DNA of 64,000 nt from Phoronis australis (GCA_002633005.1 NMRA01000237.1:1-64000), one strand, 5' to 3'; positions 10,293-24,010 are shown, counted from the first letter of the stretch. The notes: generated by a model not told the origin, from the sequence alone. Made by a program: numbers and translations.

Positions 10293-11601
10293 AGGCGAAG
10301 GCAACCTTTTTTCATGTCATTTTTAGCAAAAATAAGGTTCGTTGATTATCCCAGACATATTTTTAACTTATTTACTGCTTTTCGTAATTTAATTAATTAC
10401 TCGTCGTCTACTCCGGAAGTGACGTTTTGGGTGGCAAGAATTTCGCGCCAATTTCTTTTCATATAGTCTGACTTTGAGAGCAGTCGAGTCAGTCATTGTT
10501 CTACCTCGGTTGTGATAAGTTCGGTCGTCGTTTGATTTTGCATACGAGTAAGTCAATATGCCAAGCTGTTGCTGCGTACTGGGGTGTACACACTATCGTC
10601 TTACGTACAGAGGAAGAACTGTCCCACTTGCCCGAGTGTCCCGCGACACACTCCCACTGAAGGGTGATCTGAGCACCCAAACTGCTTACATCCCGCCGTG
10701 TGACTCCCTCGCCACACACCTGGCACCTTCCAAATAGCTCCAATACAAGTCCACAATAAACTTATCAAATTTAGGCTCACCGATCTGTTCATTGGATGAC
10801 GAACTGTCCTCTTCACTGGGTGTCGAACTGGGCCTGTATTCACTCCCACTACTCAACATCGCTGCAGGGCTGCTTACAGGATCTGGGGTAGAGACAACAG
10901 CACAGGGCGAATCACTGCTAGTTCCCGGAATTGCACGCAATGGGGTGCGTTTGGAGGCACGGGTGACAGTAGATGAAGTTCCTCCAGTCACTGTATATAG
11001 TGGCCACAGCTAGCTTCAAAAAAGCACTTCTCGGGGTTGGTGACAGGGCACTGCCGGGAATCAACAGCGACGGTATGGTACCCTTCTTCAGGCGTTGTTT
11101 CGCAAGGACCTTCATCAATTCAGCGTACATATCTGTCATAATCTGACGGCAGAAAATGCTTGCCACACACTCGGTAACCCTCCAGTGCTTTGTACGTTGC
11201 GTGGACGGGTAGCGCTGCGTTCTTCACATGAACGAGCTAGCCAAGTACGGCGAAGTGTGTCATCCTTCGGAAAGCGACGCAAGGTACCCAAAGCGCGTGT
11301 GAGACGATAATGAGTACATCCTGGCACGCAGCAACAGCGTGGCATGTTGACTGACTCGTAAACAAAAGCAAACGACGACCGAACTTATCACAACCGAGGT
11401 AGAACAATAACTGACTCGACAGCTCTCACAGTCAGGCTATAATGAAAAGAAACTGGCGCGAAACTCTTGCCTCCCAAAACGTCACTTCCGGAGTAGAGGA
11501 CGAGAAATTAACCAAATTACGAAAAGTTGTAATTAAGTGAAAAATATGTCTGGGATAATCAACGAACCTTATTTTTGACATGAAAAAGGTTGCTTTCGCC
11601 T
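10293..11601 (-). mobile_element. Kolobok-type element with ~310-bp inverted arms
   Basis: TTAA|AGGCGAAGGCAACC ... GGTTGCTTTCGCCT|TTGA. Same family as 42296-43193. Confidence 0.85.
10605..11345 (-). pseudogene. Frameshifted 5' part of a THAP-containing Kolobok transposase
   Basis: MPRCCCVPGCTHY...RFP...W...VCGKHF...LKKGTIPS, then a Ser-rich linker, then KFIV..ELFGRCQVCG...G...CVAGH..KWDSS. Spread across four ORF-track frames. Confidence 0.75.
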
Positions 11602-11924
11602 TTGAGAGTCGGTGGGCGGAGACTGAAAAAGACATTCGTCGTTTGTCTTCAGCACGAGTCAACTATCACGGCATTTTTCTTAACTTCTGTGCTTTGAAAA
11701 AGTAATTTTAGGATTCTTGGAATATGGAATCCTATGATCCCCAAGTTTTACTCGAGACTCGACTCAAAAACCAATTATTCAATCAAATTGCGTGGAAATT
11801 GAAAGTTTACTAAATAAATCAAATAGATGCTGGAATGCCGTGCAGTTACCGACGGATAAGAATATAACATAGTAAAAATAGTAATAATGAAACGACGAGC
11901 GTCGGTACTAAAATACATTGAAAT

Positions 11925-12200
11925 ATTCCCCACGTTTCGAGCGATGGGCTCTTTGTCAAGGGTACCCATATTTTTGACGGGACAACCACCCATTTCAATG
12001 GAGAACGGACACGAAATGTTGAGTCCAGTGATAGCGATTTTCCATAAAAAGTCTTTGGAAGGGCTTTGATCCAGAAACACACCTACATTATGTTTGTGTC
12101 CATTATGACCGAAACAGTGCAAGAAAAGAGCCCAAGTTGTCAAAAAGTACCTCTTCCAATACAAATTTCGAAATATAGATAATAGTAAAAACCTTTGTAA
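11925..12200 (-). mobile_element. Decayed 3' end of a Penelope-like retroelement
   Basis: FWIKAL..T and GLN motifs of the PLE endonuclease C-terminus, in two frames. They are followed by a hammerhead-like CTTGACAAAG-AGC-ccatc-GCT-CGAAAC. Confidence 0.45.
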
Positions 12201-13119
12201 TAGCAAACTGTTGGCTTCACTTGAGGACAACTTTTCTTAGAGAAACTGTTCATGAAATATCACCCTTCTTGATGGGGCATCGTGTATATCTCATTTGTAG
12301 GAGGCCCTCCACTGACTGTTTCGTGCAATGGTCTCGGACCAGCGCTGGTCTGATCTAATCTTTTTGTACACACAGTCACAGAAAAATAAATAATTTGAGA
12401 CCAGTTAATCTAATTAAGTTTCCAATTAATGTGCGAGGAAGGTTTTACAATTTAAAAAATAATCTTGCTTGAAAGTTTATTCAACCATAATAATTTTTGT
12501 GGAAAGCACCCAAGTAGCAATTAGGTTTTTGGACTTATACATTCATTTTAATTATCAAAAACGTAAGTTAGGAAAGCCTGAACGTTATAAATATCAACCT
12601 GGACCCAGTTGCATAAAGGCTATACACCGTATAGCAAAATGACGTCGCATTATCACGTGCCACGTTGTAATTGTTGAAGAATGCACCCGACGCCATACAA
12701 CAATCAAACTTATCCAGCGGATAATTTTGAAGTTTTAAGCAACCCATCCCTGGTATTTTAGTACATAGAAGCATATGATTGTGTACAACACAGCACTTTA
12801 GTTTTTAAGTGTAAACGCATGTTATGCCCCAGAATTCTTAATTGCTGTGTGCCTGCAATTCGCACAACACATTCTCGTAGACATGTTATGGTCACCTTTT
12901 TCTTTCGCAACTGTGTCACTTTAAATCGTAATAGGCTATGAACACTAGTACATCATTGCTTCCAAGAACTTTCTTATGCCACAAAGAATTATGTAAGTAA
13001 TATTCTTTCGTAAACTTTTATGCTTGTGGTTCGTTCAATGTTGAGCAAGAATACTGCTTTTTTAAGTGGAGTCGCGCGATTCACAAGAATGGCTAGAACG
13101 ATTACTGACAAGAAATACT

Positions 13120-13620
13120 TGTTGATGAGGACGAGTCAGAGACGTAATATAAATTGTCTACTTCGCGAGACTGAGCCAAAAAACGGATAAAAGAATACAG
13201 AGCAATGCGTAACAACAGTGTACATTGCTTGAGCGATTGTTCAGAGCCGGGTAGGTACGCAATACGTGACCAGGATGGCTTGGGAGGCGACGATATTACA
13301 AGGGGATGGCCAAGAGTGATGACATGTCACCCCCTGGCTGTTCTACTGATGCCAAAAAGTGAATAAAATAACGCAGTGATGATTTGTCACGTTCTGGATA
13401 TTCCGGTGACTTTAAAAAGGGACCAAAACAAAAAGAACTATACGTAAAAACCGTATGCATTTCTCGAGTGTTTGTCGAAAGCCACGCAAAGACGTCATTC
13501 CTGACGAAGATGGGTTGGGAGGCGACGATGACAAGCCACAGCCTGAATGTTCTACTGATGCCAAAAAACGGATTAAACAATATATGTGTAACAGCCATAG
13601 CTTCAGTGCTAGTCGAGAAC
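13120..13620 (+). repeat. Three diverged copies of a coding-like unit (…DGLGGDD…CSTDAKKRIKQY)
   Basis: GGATGGcTTGGGAGGCGACGAT at ~13273 with a near-copy at ~13508. TGTTCTACTGATGCCAAAAA at ~13339 and ~13548. GCCAAAAAACGGAT also at ~13175. Confidence 0.6.
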
Positions 13621-16425
13621 CACGTAGATATCTCATCATTCCTAATAACACCCTAATGTAGATGAAGTGGTTTCTGCTCTCTCTCTCTTTCTCATCGAGT
13701 CGGCGCTCATTGGTCTCGGTCGCATAACTGTCGTCCTTTTTCATGCAATAGACGTGAGCTGTTTCCTAGGTTTGCTGGTACTTGAGGTGCTTGGGTGAGC
13801 GCGTTGCTCTTCCTCTACTCCATACATTGCTATGGGCCTCTTTCACAAATTCTCGTTCAGGTGGCGATTGAAGGCGGTTCGGTAATCGCCCATGAACCGA
13901 ATCTAAGTGACTGCAAAAGCCCGAGAACACGGTCGCAAACGCATCCAGTAATGTTACCTTTGGCGGTAAAATCTCTGAAGGCCGCGGAGAATATACCGAG
14001 CCTCTGGTGCTGCAACGGAGGCTCCGAAATGTCAACAGTGTGCTCATCCAAAGCTAAAGTGTTTCACAGCGATCTATCACTGTATGAAATCCCCCAAATC
14101 CGTGTCTATAACTTGGACGCCCTTCATCCATTGCCGGTGCGTGACACCGCGACAGTTTGCCACACATGGCCGAGGAACGGGTTTTGTAACAGCAACCTAG
14201 TCTGTTATCCACTACAGTCCCTATTCACCTGAGAATCAATACCCGCTGGTGCACACCACAATATTTCTCATTCGCGGCGGTTCATGATCACCACAAGTTT
14301 TAAATAGATTTTCACTGATGTTCAAACGTGTGTGTGTGAAAAATCTAGATAAGCTGGAAGAATATTCATTTTTTACATTTATAGATATCGATATAGTGAA
14401 ACAATGGACCCAGTCACAACGTCTTAAGCCCTGAGGAAGCCGGTATACGTAAACCTATGTAAAACTCACTTTTCAGGGAGTGCTGTATTAATGACATGCT
14501 AGCGGACAAAATCCAGTCTATTCTCTGTACAAAGTATTAGAATTATGATAAAAACAGGTATAATTAATTTTTACAATCGCAGTTTGGGCACCCGCCCCGA
14601 CCTTTGAACGGAAAAAGATAATTTTGTGAAGACCTAAACCCAACTAAAATAGCTCATATTCACAAAGCAACGAAAATGGCAATTTTCCAAAATGCTTTTA
14701 TGGCCACTGAAGTTTTAATTTTCCGTAAAAACCGCTGATCACTCCCTCTCCCCTTTCCCTTCTCCCTATCACTTTGCTATTCATTGGTTGACACTCTCGC
14801 GAACGCGCACTTAGGTAACTGCAGCGCCCCAATGGGTGGACGGGATCTTATTAACCCCCTCTCCTGATTTGATACGCGCCCACTTGTAAACGCTCTTGCG
14901 GATGATAGACTTTGTCAACTGCCGCCTCTCCCTGGGTGACTGTACAGCGGCCAACACAATCCCAATGCTAGCGTGTTTGTCCCATTTGGTATAACCTGTC
15001 CTGCGCACTTCGACAGGCTCTTTGTCAAAGACGTCGTAGCTCTTCTTCGGAGACTGACACTGATGCCTCCGCAGACCGGTCCCCGGTCTTGTGACGGAAA
15101 GTGGTATGTCAACACGGCGAAGCAATGTCCTGGTTCGCACCGCCTTTTCCAGGCGTTTTTTGTGAATGAGATCTTCTACAGTCTGAAATTGTGTAAACAT
15201 AACCGTGAGCACCTATGATATCTTCAAACACCGTCAGTTGGGAGCGTTGTTTTGCGTTGCGTCTATTTAATTTGAGCTTATATTATGATGGTTTAAAGAT
15301 GAGAAGTCCCTGAGTGATTAAAAGATTGATATTTGTGTCTTTAACCCGAGACCCCCAGAGACTGCACAAACTCAGCATGGGTTACGATTTCATCGAAAAC
15401 CTTCCCGGAAGTTTAAACCAAGTGTCGATTTGGTAATTGTTGCAAGGCTAAACGCGTACCTGGCGCCTGAACCTTTTCCATTGGCATTCTTGGGCTAGCT
15501 TTACATAGAGTTCTTCGTTTGGCGGAATGTCTCTCCAGTAGCTCCCCGAACGGATCTTCATTTCCGTGTCGAAGTCCATCAGCGATAGTAGCGCTGATTT
15601 CGCCATCAGGTTCACTCTTGCGAAACGGCTGACTAGTGCCACTGACGGTTGCTTCGCTTGGTCTGGGAATATGTTATGTAAGCCCTGCAATCCAGTTGAG
15701 CGGCATGTTTCAAATAAAGATAACACCGACAGGAAAAAGCAGTAATTTGCAATCCTACGTTGGGTCTAAAATCAAATCCAATGGTTGACGGCAAAACTAT
15801 TAGCCTTTTCACGGATAGCATGAGACGTCACACAAACGCAGTCCATGCAAACGATTCTGGGTATCGCTCATACCGCTGGCATATGTTGAGCAGCGACCAG
15901 CAGAGACCATTTAGTAGTATTTCAAGCAGCCACTACCTTAGTAAACAGATGAAGCACCTATCTGATATCAACTGCTTCCTTACAGACGCTCACCAAAATG
16001 CACGTTTTTCGTTCTGGATACGATGATACTTGAGAATTCCAAATTTTAGGGTTTTGATAAATGTGGTTTCGTGCAAATTCTTTATCTGTGAAAAATGTGT
16101 CCTGCAATTTATCAAGGGGTTGCCATAGTCAGTTTTTGTTGTTGCTGTTGTTTTTACTCACAATGAAAGCTTTCCGTTCGGTGTTCTGCGTAAAAATGAA
16201 AGAATTACAACTGTTTGGAGAAGTAGGTCAACAAAAAATTTACAGGGGTAGACTTCGTAATACTCACGAGCCTTTCTTACGTTTAGGATCAGTTCAACTA
16301 ATTTCATGTTCGCTATAGTTTTCGTTGTGAAGGTGAAACCGCAGAGCTCTTTCAAAATATTTGTTTGTTTGGGTGCCTGTAAAATGGAAAGACATAGTTT
16401 GATACTGCGAATACTTTTGACTTAA

Positions 16426-16929
16426 GGCCCTTTCATACTGACTTAACTCCGGGCTGAGCGCAGCGTCGACGTAAACAGCGCATTTAACTGGACCGTTCTT
16501 ACTGGCTTAGGTAGTTAATGAACATCGAGGTAAACGGTGGGTGACGCCGTCTTCATCGAAGTTATCGCAAGGTAGCGCTGCACGCTACGATTTTTTCAAT
16601 GTGACAGTTTGAGAACATTTACATGTGCAAATTGAAATTAAACGTATTTTTAAATCGATTGGTTATTATTAGAGCAAAATATAAGCAGCTATTAGTGACG
16701 GCATTACCCTGTAATTGTTGACGATAACAGTGGCACCTGGCGATAACTTCGACTGGACCGAAATTAACCGTTCATACAGTACCGTAGCGTCGACGCTACG
16801 TTGTTGAATCCACCTGTTAACTGCTTATTTAACTGAAGTTGTTAACTTCGATCAAGCAGCGGAGCTAAGCGTTCATACTGACCGCAACTCTCCAAATCAT
16901 CGACGTGTTGACGTTAGTATGAAAAGCTC
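16426..16929. mobile_element. PIF/Harbinger-like MITE
   Basis: TAA|GGCCCTTTCATACTGAC ... GTTAGTATGAAAAGCTC|TCA. Internal repeats of CGTTCATAC and GCGTCGACG. Confidence 0.55.
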
Positions 16930-19353
16930 TCAAATGTAATAATAAAATGGTACAAAATGTTATCTCGAAATGTCATTTTTAGTTCGAATAAGCACTACTA
17001 GTCTTACTTGATTTGTTACTGTTGCCTTTTTTGAAGGAGTTTTGGGAAATTTGACATCTTTTACTTATCTGAAATGCATTTTGAATATTTTCATAAACTT
17101 TTATCAAGCGATATTACAAATACACTTAATTATGTCAAGCAGGACTTGAAAACTTCAAGCTCGAAGAAACCAAGTTAGCAGAGGTGAGTCTTTTCGTTAA
17201 TGAAAGTAATTAGTGAACTCCATTTAGTTCATGATGGTTTTATCACGCATCGCCTTAAAAACAAAATAAAACAAGGGGTTCCATAAAAATCATGAACCAG
17301 TAGTTTTCAAAAATAGTGCAGAATGGGCTTTAACGAGACACATTCGGTTTCAGGTTAGAAAGGGCATTTTTTAGATTAATGTTGGGTATTAAGATAGACC
17401 TTATAAAGTTACTAGCAATGACCAGAGCAAATTCCACAATGTCCTTGCGATTTTATTAGAAATCTCATACACCCGACGTTGGCTTCCAGATATTAGGTAG
17501 AGTTAACTGAAATAGAGGCTGGTGACCTTATTAGTTAAACTCGGCTACTGGCAAAGTCGTATATGGGTATTAGTGCTTACGCCTCAGCTTGGTCAGGGAA
17601 TGAACCGGATTAAAGCGAAGTGGGTCTTTTCGTTGTATTATTTGACGCCTTGGGTTCTTGAGTATGTCTCAAATCACGAACAATTGTACACATCGATTTA
17701 GCCTGTTGTTGCAGCAGCAGCAGCAAGGACAAAGGAATTTCTCACCATCAACCAATCGGAATGTCCGATTGCTTTTTTCAACCAATCAGAATCTCCGAAC
17801 GTACTTATTTCTGGTAGACTGTGGGAAGTCATGTTACATGGTCGCTTCCCCAGTGATAGACCTATCCGTCGTAGCACTGGAGGAGCGTGTTAATTCTACC
17901 ACTCATGTCTCAAATCTATAATCTGGGACGCGCGCTGGACGATTATCGCTATCCGTAAAAAGCTCAATTCTTCATCATGAGGCTGCAAAATGTGCCATTG
18001 TGTGGTATCGTATTCCCGTAACCATTGAGTGTTTTTTAAAAGGATACTAAACCCTGTTTTGTTGATTTAAACCAATCCTCGTTCAATCACCTGCTAATGC
18101 ATCATTGGCGTGAATCTTACAAGTTGAACGCAGGAATCAGTTAAATACTCATACTCCCTATGTCACAGGTTGGACATTACGGTTCTTGGTGGGTGATCTA
18201 TTCCCTCAGCTGACGTGTAATTCGTGAAAATCGTAGGTCACGCTTGCTCGTTTGAAAGGAGGTTTTTCAAACTTTGCTCCAAAGGCTTTTGAGGGTTGTC
18301 GAAGGTCACAGAGCGTTATTTTGTTTCAGAGAACTGGATGGGAAAGTCTGTTCTAGTATCTGTTCATAGGCCAGAACCGGGTTTGTTATCCTTCTAAGTT
18401 CGATACGAAGTTCATCCATTTCCGTGTGACGTCATCACGTCCATTACTACATAGCAACTTCAGCTTTCGCAACGTATTTGGCGGATTAACCATACTAAGT
18501 ATGCGTCGTAATTTAAGTTCACGTCGCCGCTTGTGAAACCTCTCTTGTGTATCGAGTGAGCGTGATTTGATGAGTGAACAAGAATTACGTATAGGCCACT
18601 TTTACGCAGCTTGAGCTAGGCTTACTTTTCACCATACAACTGCAAGTAAGTTTACTGTGTACATTGCTTTACGTTTTTTATACACATAGAGGTATTCATA
18701 GCCAACTCACGAAAACTTCTCCAGGTGACAACGCATCCACAATTACGTTTATGCAGACGCCTCGACGTGTACGCAGACCAGGTTTGAAAAATGGCCTGAA
18801 GTTTTGTTTTTCCGATACGACGCTCGAATCGGTTGAGCTTTCTGACTGAGTTTCCTCGCCTTCACGGAACGTCAGAATTCTGAAAGTGTTACTCCATAAG
18901 TTTAGTAGGTCGGTGGGAAAAATATTTCGCCTGTCTATTGCTGTATATGTGAGTATTTGGGCCAGTGGGTTTCTATCCTAAATAGCCTGTTTAGTTTCAA
19001 GCGTTTTCTTCGCGTATTGGCACATGCTCTTGTTCTTCACTCATAGGCGCGGGCGACTATCTCTTATATATGTGCATGTCATAACTTGGGTGTTTAAGTG
19101 TTTGTTTTGTCCACTATTTGTTTCCATTTAAATATTTAACGTTGCATTAAATGCGCGTCAATGTACATCGTTTTCAAACAGACATGCCAAGATTATTTCA
19201 CGTGCTATTTTAAAAACATGTTGCTTTTTGTTGATTGGTGCAACTCCACATGTAGGAGCATTGATCTAACCACGCAAATATGCGGTAATATTTAGATATT
19301 CTGAAAATTTTACCAACCCTCAGTTGATTTCGAATTTTACTGTCCGCACACTT

Positions 19354-22300
19354 AGTGTTTTTGCACTTTACTTTCTGAAAACACTTCGACAAAGGCAACA
19401 GGCGATGCCTTTGAGCAGAGAATTGTACGTTCATGATGTGAGAATTTGTAAAGGCGTCGAAGAAAAAATAAGTGTTCCAGGAAAAGTATTTTGGAGCGAG
19501 CGAAAATCCGGGTTCAAATCTCCTGACAAATGATATATTCATGTAAAGCTGGGTTATATGTACCTTAACGTCGAATCATCTGTACGATGTCATAGATTTC
19601 AGGATCTTTCGAACAAAATCAGTGAACTAAGATTCACTGACATTTTTATTCTGCCGTCTGCTAAATTCCGCCAAATGAAAAGTAGGTCACAACTGGTGGG
19701 ACTCCGCGAGTTAAGTAGGTCGAGTCGATAGCACTGTTTATGCTTTTCTAATCTTCGAACGAAATATTTTGATTAAAAAACTCAGGTTCATAGCTCAGGT
19801 TCACACTCATCTTGTCCTAGGTAAGCACTTAGCTCCGGTAGGTCTAAGGCTAGCTGTGTCCATGAAGTCCAATGAATGCATGTCATTAAGTTAGGCCTAA
19901 CTTCTGATGAACTTCGCACTTTTTGTAGTTCCATTGCATAAAGGTAGCTTTCAGTTAAATTTAAACGTGGCATGATCACTAAGCTCTGGTATGGTTACAA
20001 AAGATGACAAGTCTGGTGTAATGGCAAAAATGGCTATACAAAAATGACTCAAATTCTTTTTAAAGCTTCAAAAATCTAAATATCATATTTCAACAACTTC
20101 AAAATTACCTCTCCTTAACTCTACAGGCGAAGTGTATACTGGAGGCTCTCATCAAAACGTAATTCAACTGTTTATTACTTTTTCGTGACAACAGCTTGAA
20201 CAAGGCTTTGAGTTCAGTACAATGCCCCTCCCTGTGCCGATCGAATCAATTTTGGAGAGAAGTTCAGTTGAACGCCAGCTTACGGGTATATGAATAACAA
20301 AAATGTACCTCTACTAGGAAGGGAAACGATGTCCATTCGGTCGAAATAAATGGAAAATAATAAGAATGTCCTTAAAAACAACAAGTTCCGGGGACTACAG
20401 CTAGACCGTTATTTCCAACAGATGGCCAAATGATTGAAACTCCGGAGTCAAGATCAGATAGTCCTACATTATAGCCACCAAATTGAAAAGTGCGTATCCT
20501 GTAACAAATGTATTTGTTTTTAACCTTCGAGTAATCAAGAAGCATTGCTAAGTTCAGCTGCTCGAGTGGCCGTTCACACAGTTCCGAGTTAGATCCAAAG
20601 TTTACTCCTTTCGACATCACTTTTCGCCTTAGGAGATTTCAAAAAATGAGGGAATATTTTTGTCGAGCTGCATAACAGCTGTCGGAATTACACACGCCAT
20701 ATCAACACCGTTTCACCATTCTTATCGCACAATTTCTTGAGCTATAGACTAAAATAAATTTTATACGACAACATGTTGTTTGTAGGGTAAAATGGCGGCT
20801 TGGAAACGCAGACGATGGTGTGTCAAGAATGCTGCGTTGTGATTGGTCAGTTAAGCCGTCAGCCATAACCCTGGCAATTGACCTATCGCCAGGATTATGA
20901 CGGACGGCTTAATTGACCTATCAGAACGCAGCATTCTTGGCACACCTTCGTCTGCGTTTCCAAGCCGCCATTTTACCCGACAAACCACACGCAGTCGAGT
21001 AAAACTTACTTTAGTCTATAGCTCAAAAAAATGTTCGCTAAGAATGGAGAAACGGTGTTGATATGACGTGTGCAGCACCGACAGCCGTTATGGTGCTCCA
21101 GAATAATATCACGTCATTTTTGGCATGTCCTAAGCCGAAAAATGATGTTGAAAAGCGTCAGATCAAACTGTACGGCCACATGAGCAGCTGAACTTACCGA
21201 TGTTGCTTGATAACTCGAAGGCTATTATAAACACAAATATATTAGTTCCAAGATACGCACTTTTCAGCTTGGTGGCTATTGTGCAGGGCTATCTCAGATT
21301 GTAACTCCCGAGTTTGCTACGTCTGGCCGCCTTTGTCTCGGCACCTGCTGGATCTCAGCACTCTAGCGGTAGTCCCCAGAAATTGTTGTTTTCAAGGACA
21401 TTTTTATTTTATGTTTTTTATTTATTTCAACCTAATGGGCATTATTTTGTTTCGTATCAGAGGTACATTTTTGTTATTCATAAACCGTAAGCTGGCGTTC
21501 AACTGAACTTCTCTACCGGTCAAAATTCAGAGATTCAATCGGCATGCACAGGGAAGGGCACTGGATTACTGCCGGAACTCAAAGCCTTGGTCGAGCTGTT
21601 GTCACTAAAAATAAACTGTTGAATTACTTTTTGACGTGTACCTCTAGTATACACTATGTCTGTAGAGTTAGAGAGAGTTCATTTTGAAGTTGTTCAAACA
21701 TAATATTTAGATTTATGAAGCTTTAAAAAAGAATTTGAGTCATTTTTGTAAATACCCTATTTTTGCAACTACCACACCAGACTTGTAATCTTTTGTAACC
21801 ATACCACGACTTAGTGATCATGCTACCTTCAAAATTAAATGAAAGCTACCTTCATGGAATGAAACTACAAAAAAAATGCCAAGTTCATAATAAGGTAGGC
21901 CTAATTTAAATATCTCAATGATGCAAACGGACAATTCCATAGGCGGATTTGGGGGGGCAGCCCCCCCCCCTTGGCTGCCGCAAGCAAAATGAAACAGCAA
22001 GAGCGTGAGGAAATATTGAGTTCAGTAACTAGGACCGGTAGCGGAAGAGGGGGGGTTCAGACCCCAGATCGCAGTGGAATCGTGTTCCTGTTTTTTAGTC
22101 CACCGATAGATTTTCTGAACAGAAGGTCCAATGGTCTACATCCCTGGCCCCTGCAACTTTCGGGCCGCCTGTGCACATACAATCGCACTTTGCCTAATTC
22201 CACGAGGCAACATATGTTGGGCCCCCTGTGGTATCCTAGATCCGCCACTGAATTCCAGACATTAATTTTACTTCGACACAGCCCTAGACCTACCGGAGCT

Positions 22301-22830
22301 AACTGTTTGGCCAGGACGAGATGAGTGTGTACCTGAGCTAGGAATCTCATTTTTTTATCAAAATATTTCGTTACAAGATTAGAAAAGCGTAAACAGTGCT
22401 ATCGAGTCGACTTAGTCAGACACTATAGTGCATGTGTTGTCTGTAATCTATGACCTACTTTACTCCCGGAGTCCCACCAGTTGTGACCTACTTTTCATTT
22501 GGCGAAATTTAGCAGACGACAGAATAAAAATATCGGTGAATCTTCACTGATTGTATCCGAAAGATCATGAAATCTATGGAATCGTACAGATAATTCGACT
22601 TTAAGGTACATACCCAGCTTTACATGCACATATCGTATCAGTGGCCTTGTCATTTGTCAGGTGAAGGTGGCCCCGAGGCCGAGGGATCCTTCGGATTTTT
22701 GCTGGCTCCTCGAGCTCTTATTTTTTCATCGTCACCTTTACAAATTCCCATATCATGAACGTACGATTCACTGGTGAAAAGCATCGCCTCTTGTCTCTGT
22801 CGATGCGTTTTCAAATAGAGCAAAAACACT
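19354..22830. repeat. Large imperfect palindrome (foldback), centre ~20881
   Basis: The arms align in reverse complement throughout (e.g. 19675-19780 vs 22350-22505; 20780-20878 vs 20885-20985). The central spacer is ~6 nt. Confidence 0.9.
21938..22250. mobile_element. MITE family B (CA(T/G)(A/T)GGCGGAT termini) inserted in the right arm of the palindrome
   Basis: CATAGGCGGATTT ... TAGATCCGCCACTG; 5-bp TSD AATTC; absent from the left arm. Confidence 0.8.
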
Positions 22831-23571
22831 CATCGATTCCACCAGGAACGTCGTTTAGCGACAGTGTGTTTGCCTCTGACATCTTGTTCGAATGTCGGGT
22901 ATCACATGACTTTTCGCATAGGGGCGGAGCTTGCGATAGGTCAATTGCATACAACCCGGGAAGTTCTGCTCGTCACCTCGCCGTGAAACTTGTATCAACA
23001 TGTAGAGCTAAAGACCGGACGAGGTGCATGCTAAGTCTGGGAGTCAAACGGCATTCACCTTGCCCGTTATAGCCGTTTAAGTGAAAAATAATCTAATTCT
23101 CCGCCTTTTGTTACAAACAAGTCTGTCGTCGTTTTGAAAACAGTACGCTCGTGACACCCGCACGCGCCATTTCCAACAAATTTTGCGACATTTCTAGGGA
23201 GATGTTGACAGCTGCGCAGCAAAAAATTTTGTTCTGAAATTCGGTTTGCTGTTATTATTAAAATACTAGTAACGGAATGAAACCAGTTCCAATAATTTAT
23301 TGTGACATGTACGCAACCTCGTGGAAGAACATTTGAATGAGGAATTGGCGAAACAAGAAACTGGCCAATATGTGACGCAATATTTTATGGCGCCGAAGGC
23401 CAACGTAAAAGGTCGCTCCTCAACTTTAGCAGCAGAATAACGGTAGCACGCCAATTTTTCCAACACCGGTAAATAAATACACAAAACATACCGAGAGTGG
23501 CTGAAGTAATAGCCCACGAGACACTATTACGCGTATCGACCGAGTCCGAAGATCGAGGTCGCAGTGGCTGA

Positions 23572-23828
23572 TTTAGAGGGGCCAAGGGGGCCATGCCCCC
23601 CCCTCCTTAAAATTCTACCAGATACCATTTGGCAGTTTGGGTGCGAAATGCTGACTAGCACATGCGCGCAACCAGGGGGGCTCGAGGGTGAATAAACAAA
23701 CCCTGTTAACCGTCTTTTTTTAGTCAAAAGGTCCGCAAACCCAAAAATTTCGAGACCACTGCATCCCTACATTTTAGGCTGGACGCTCGCATCTACCAAA
23801 ATTCTGGTTAATCCTGTGCCCTGCCCCC
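23572..23828. mobile_element. MITE family B-related copy with a nested family A-like fragment, running into a gap
   Basis: 23572-23654 is the reverse complement of ~45878-45964. CATGCGCGCAACCAG begins at 23661. Confidence 0.6.
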
Positions 23829-23860
23829 NNNNNNNNNNNNNNNNNNNNNNNNNNNNNNNN
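23829..23860. other. Assembly gap (N run)
   Basis: Ns in the sequence. Confidence 1.
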
Positions 23861-23969
23861 ATTTAGTATACAGCTTTGCGCCAAGGCTATGTGTTGTTCC
23901 ATGAAACATTTAGATTGTGCGGTGCAAGATCATAGACATGAAGTAATAGGCAGGACCAATGCAATTTAC

Positions 23970-24010
23970 CTCAGTGACTGCAGGACTGACTTCTCTTGGT
24001 TACACTGTTC
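23970..24010 (-). CDS. CNBD-like gene, candidate small exon (EQCNQEKSVLQSL)
   Basis: tacag|...|gtaaat; phase 0 to 2; chains in frame with 24108-24157. Confidence 0.4.

Noticed and set aside
17750-17790. Paired CCAATC motifs, with a donor-like GAG|GTGAGT at 17184
   Set aside because: Could not be tied to any exon chain.
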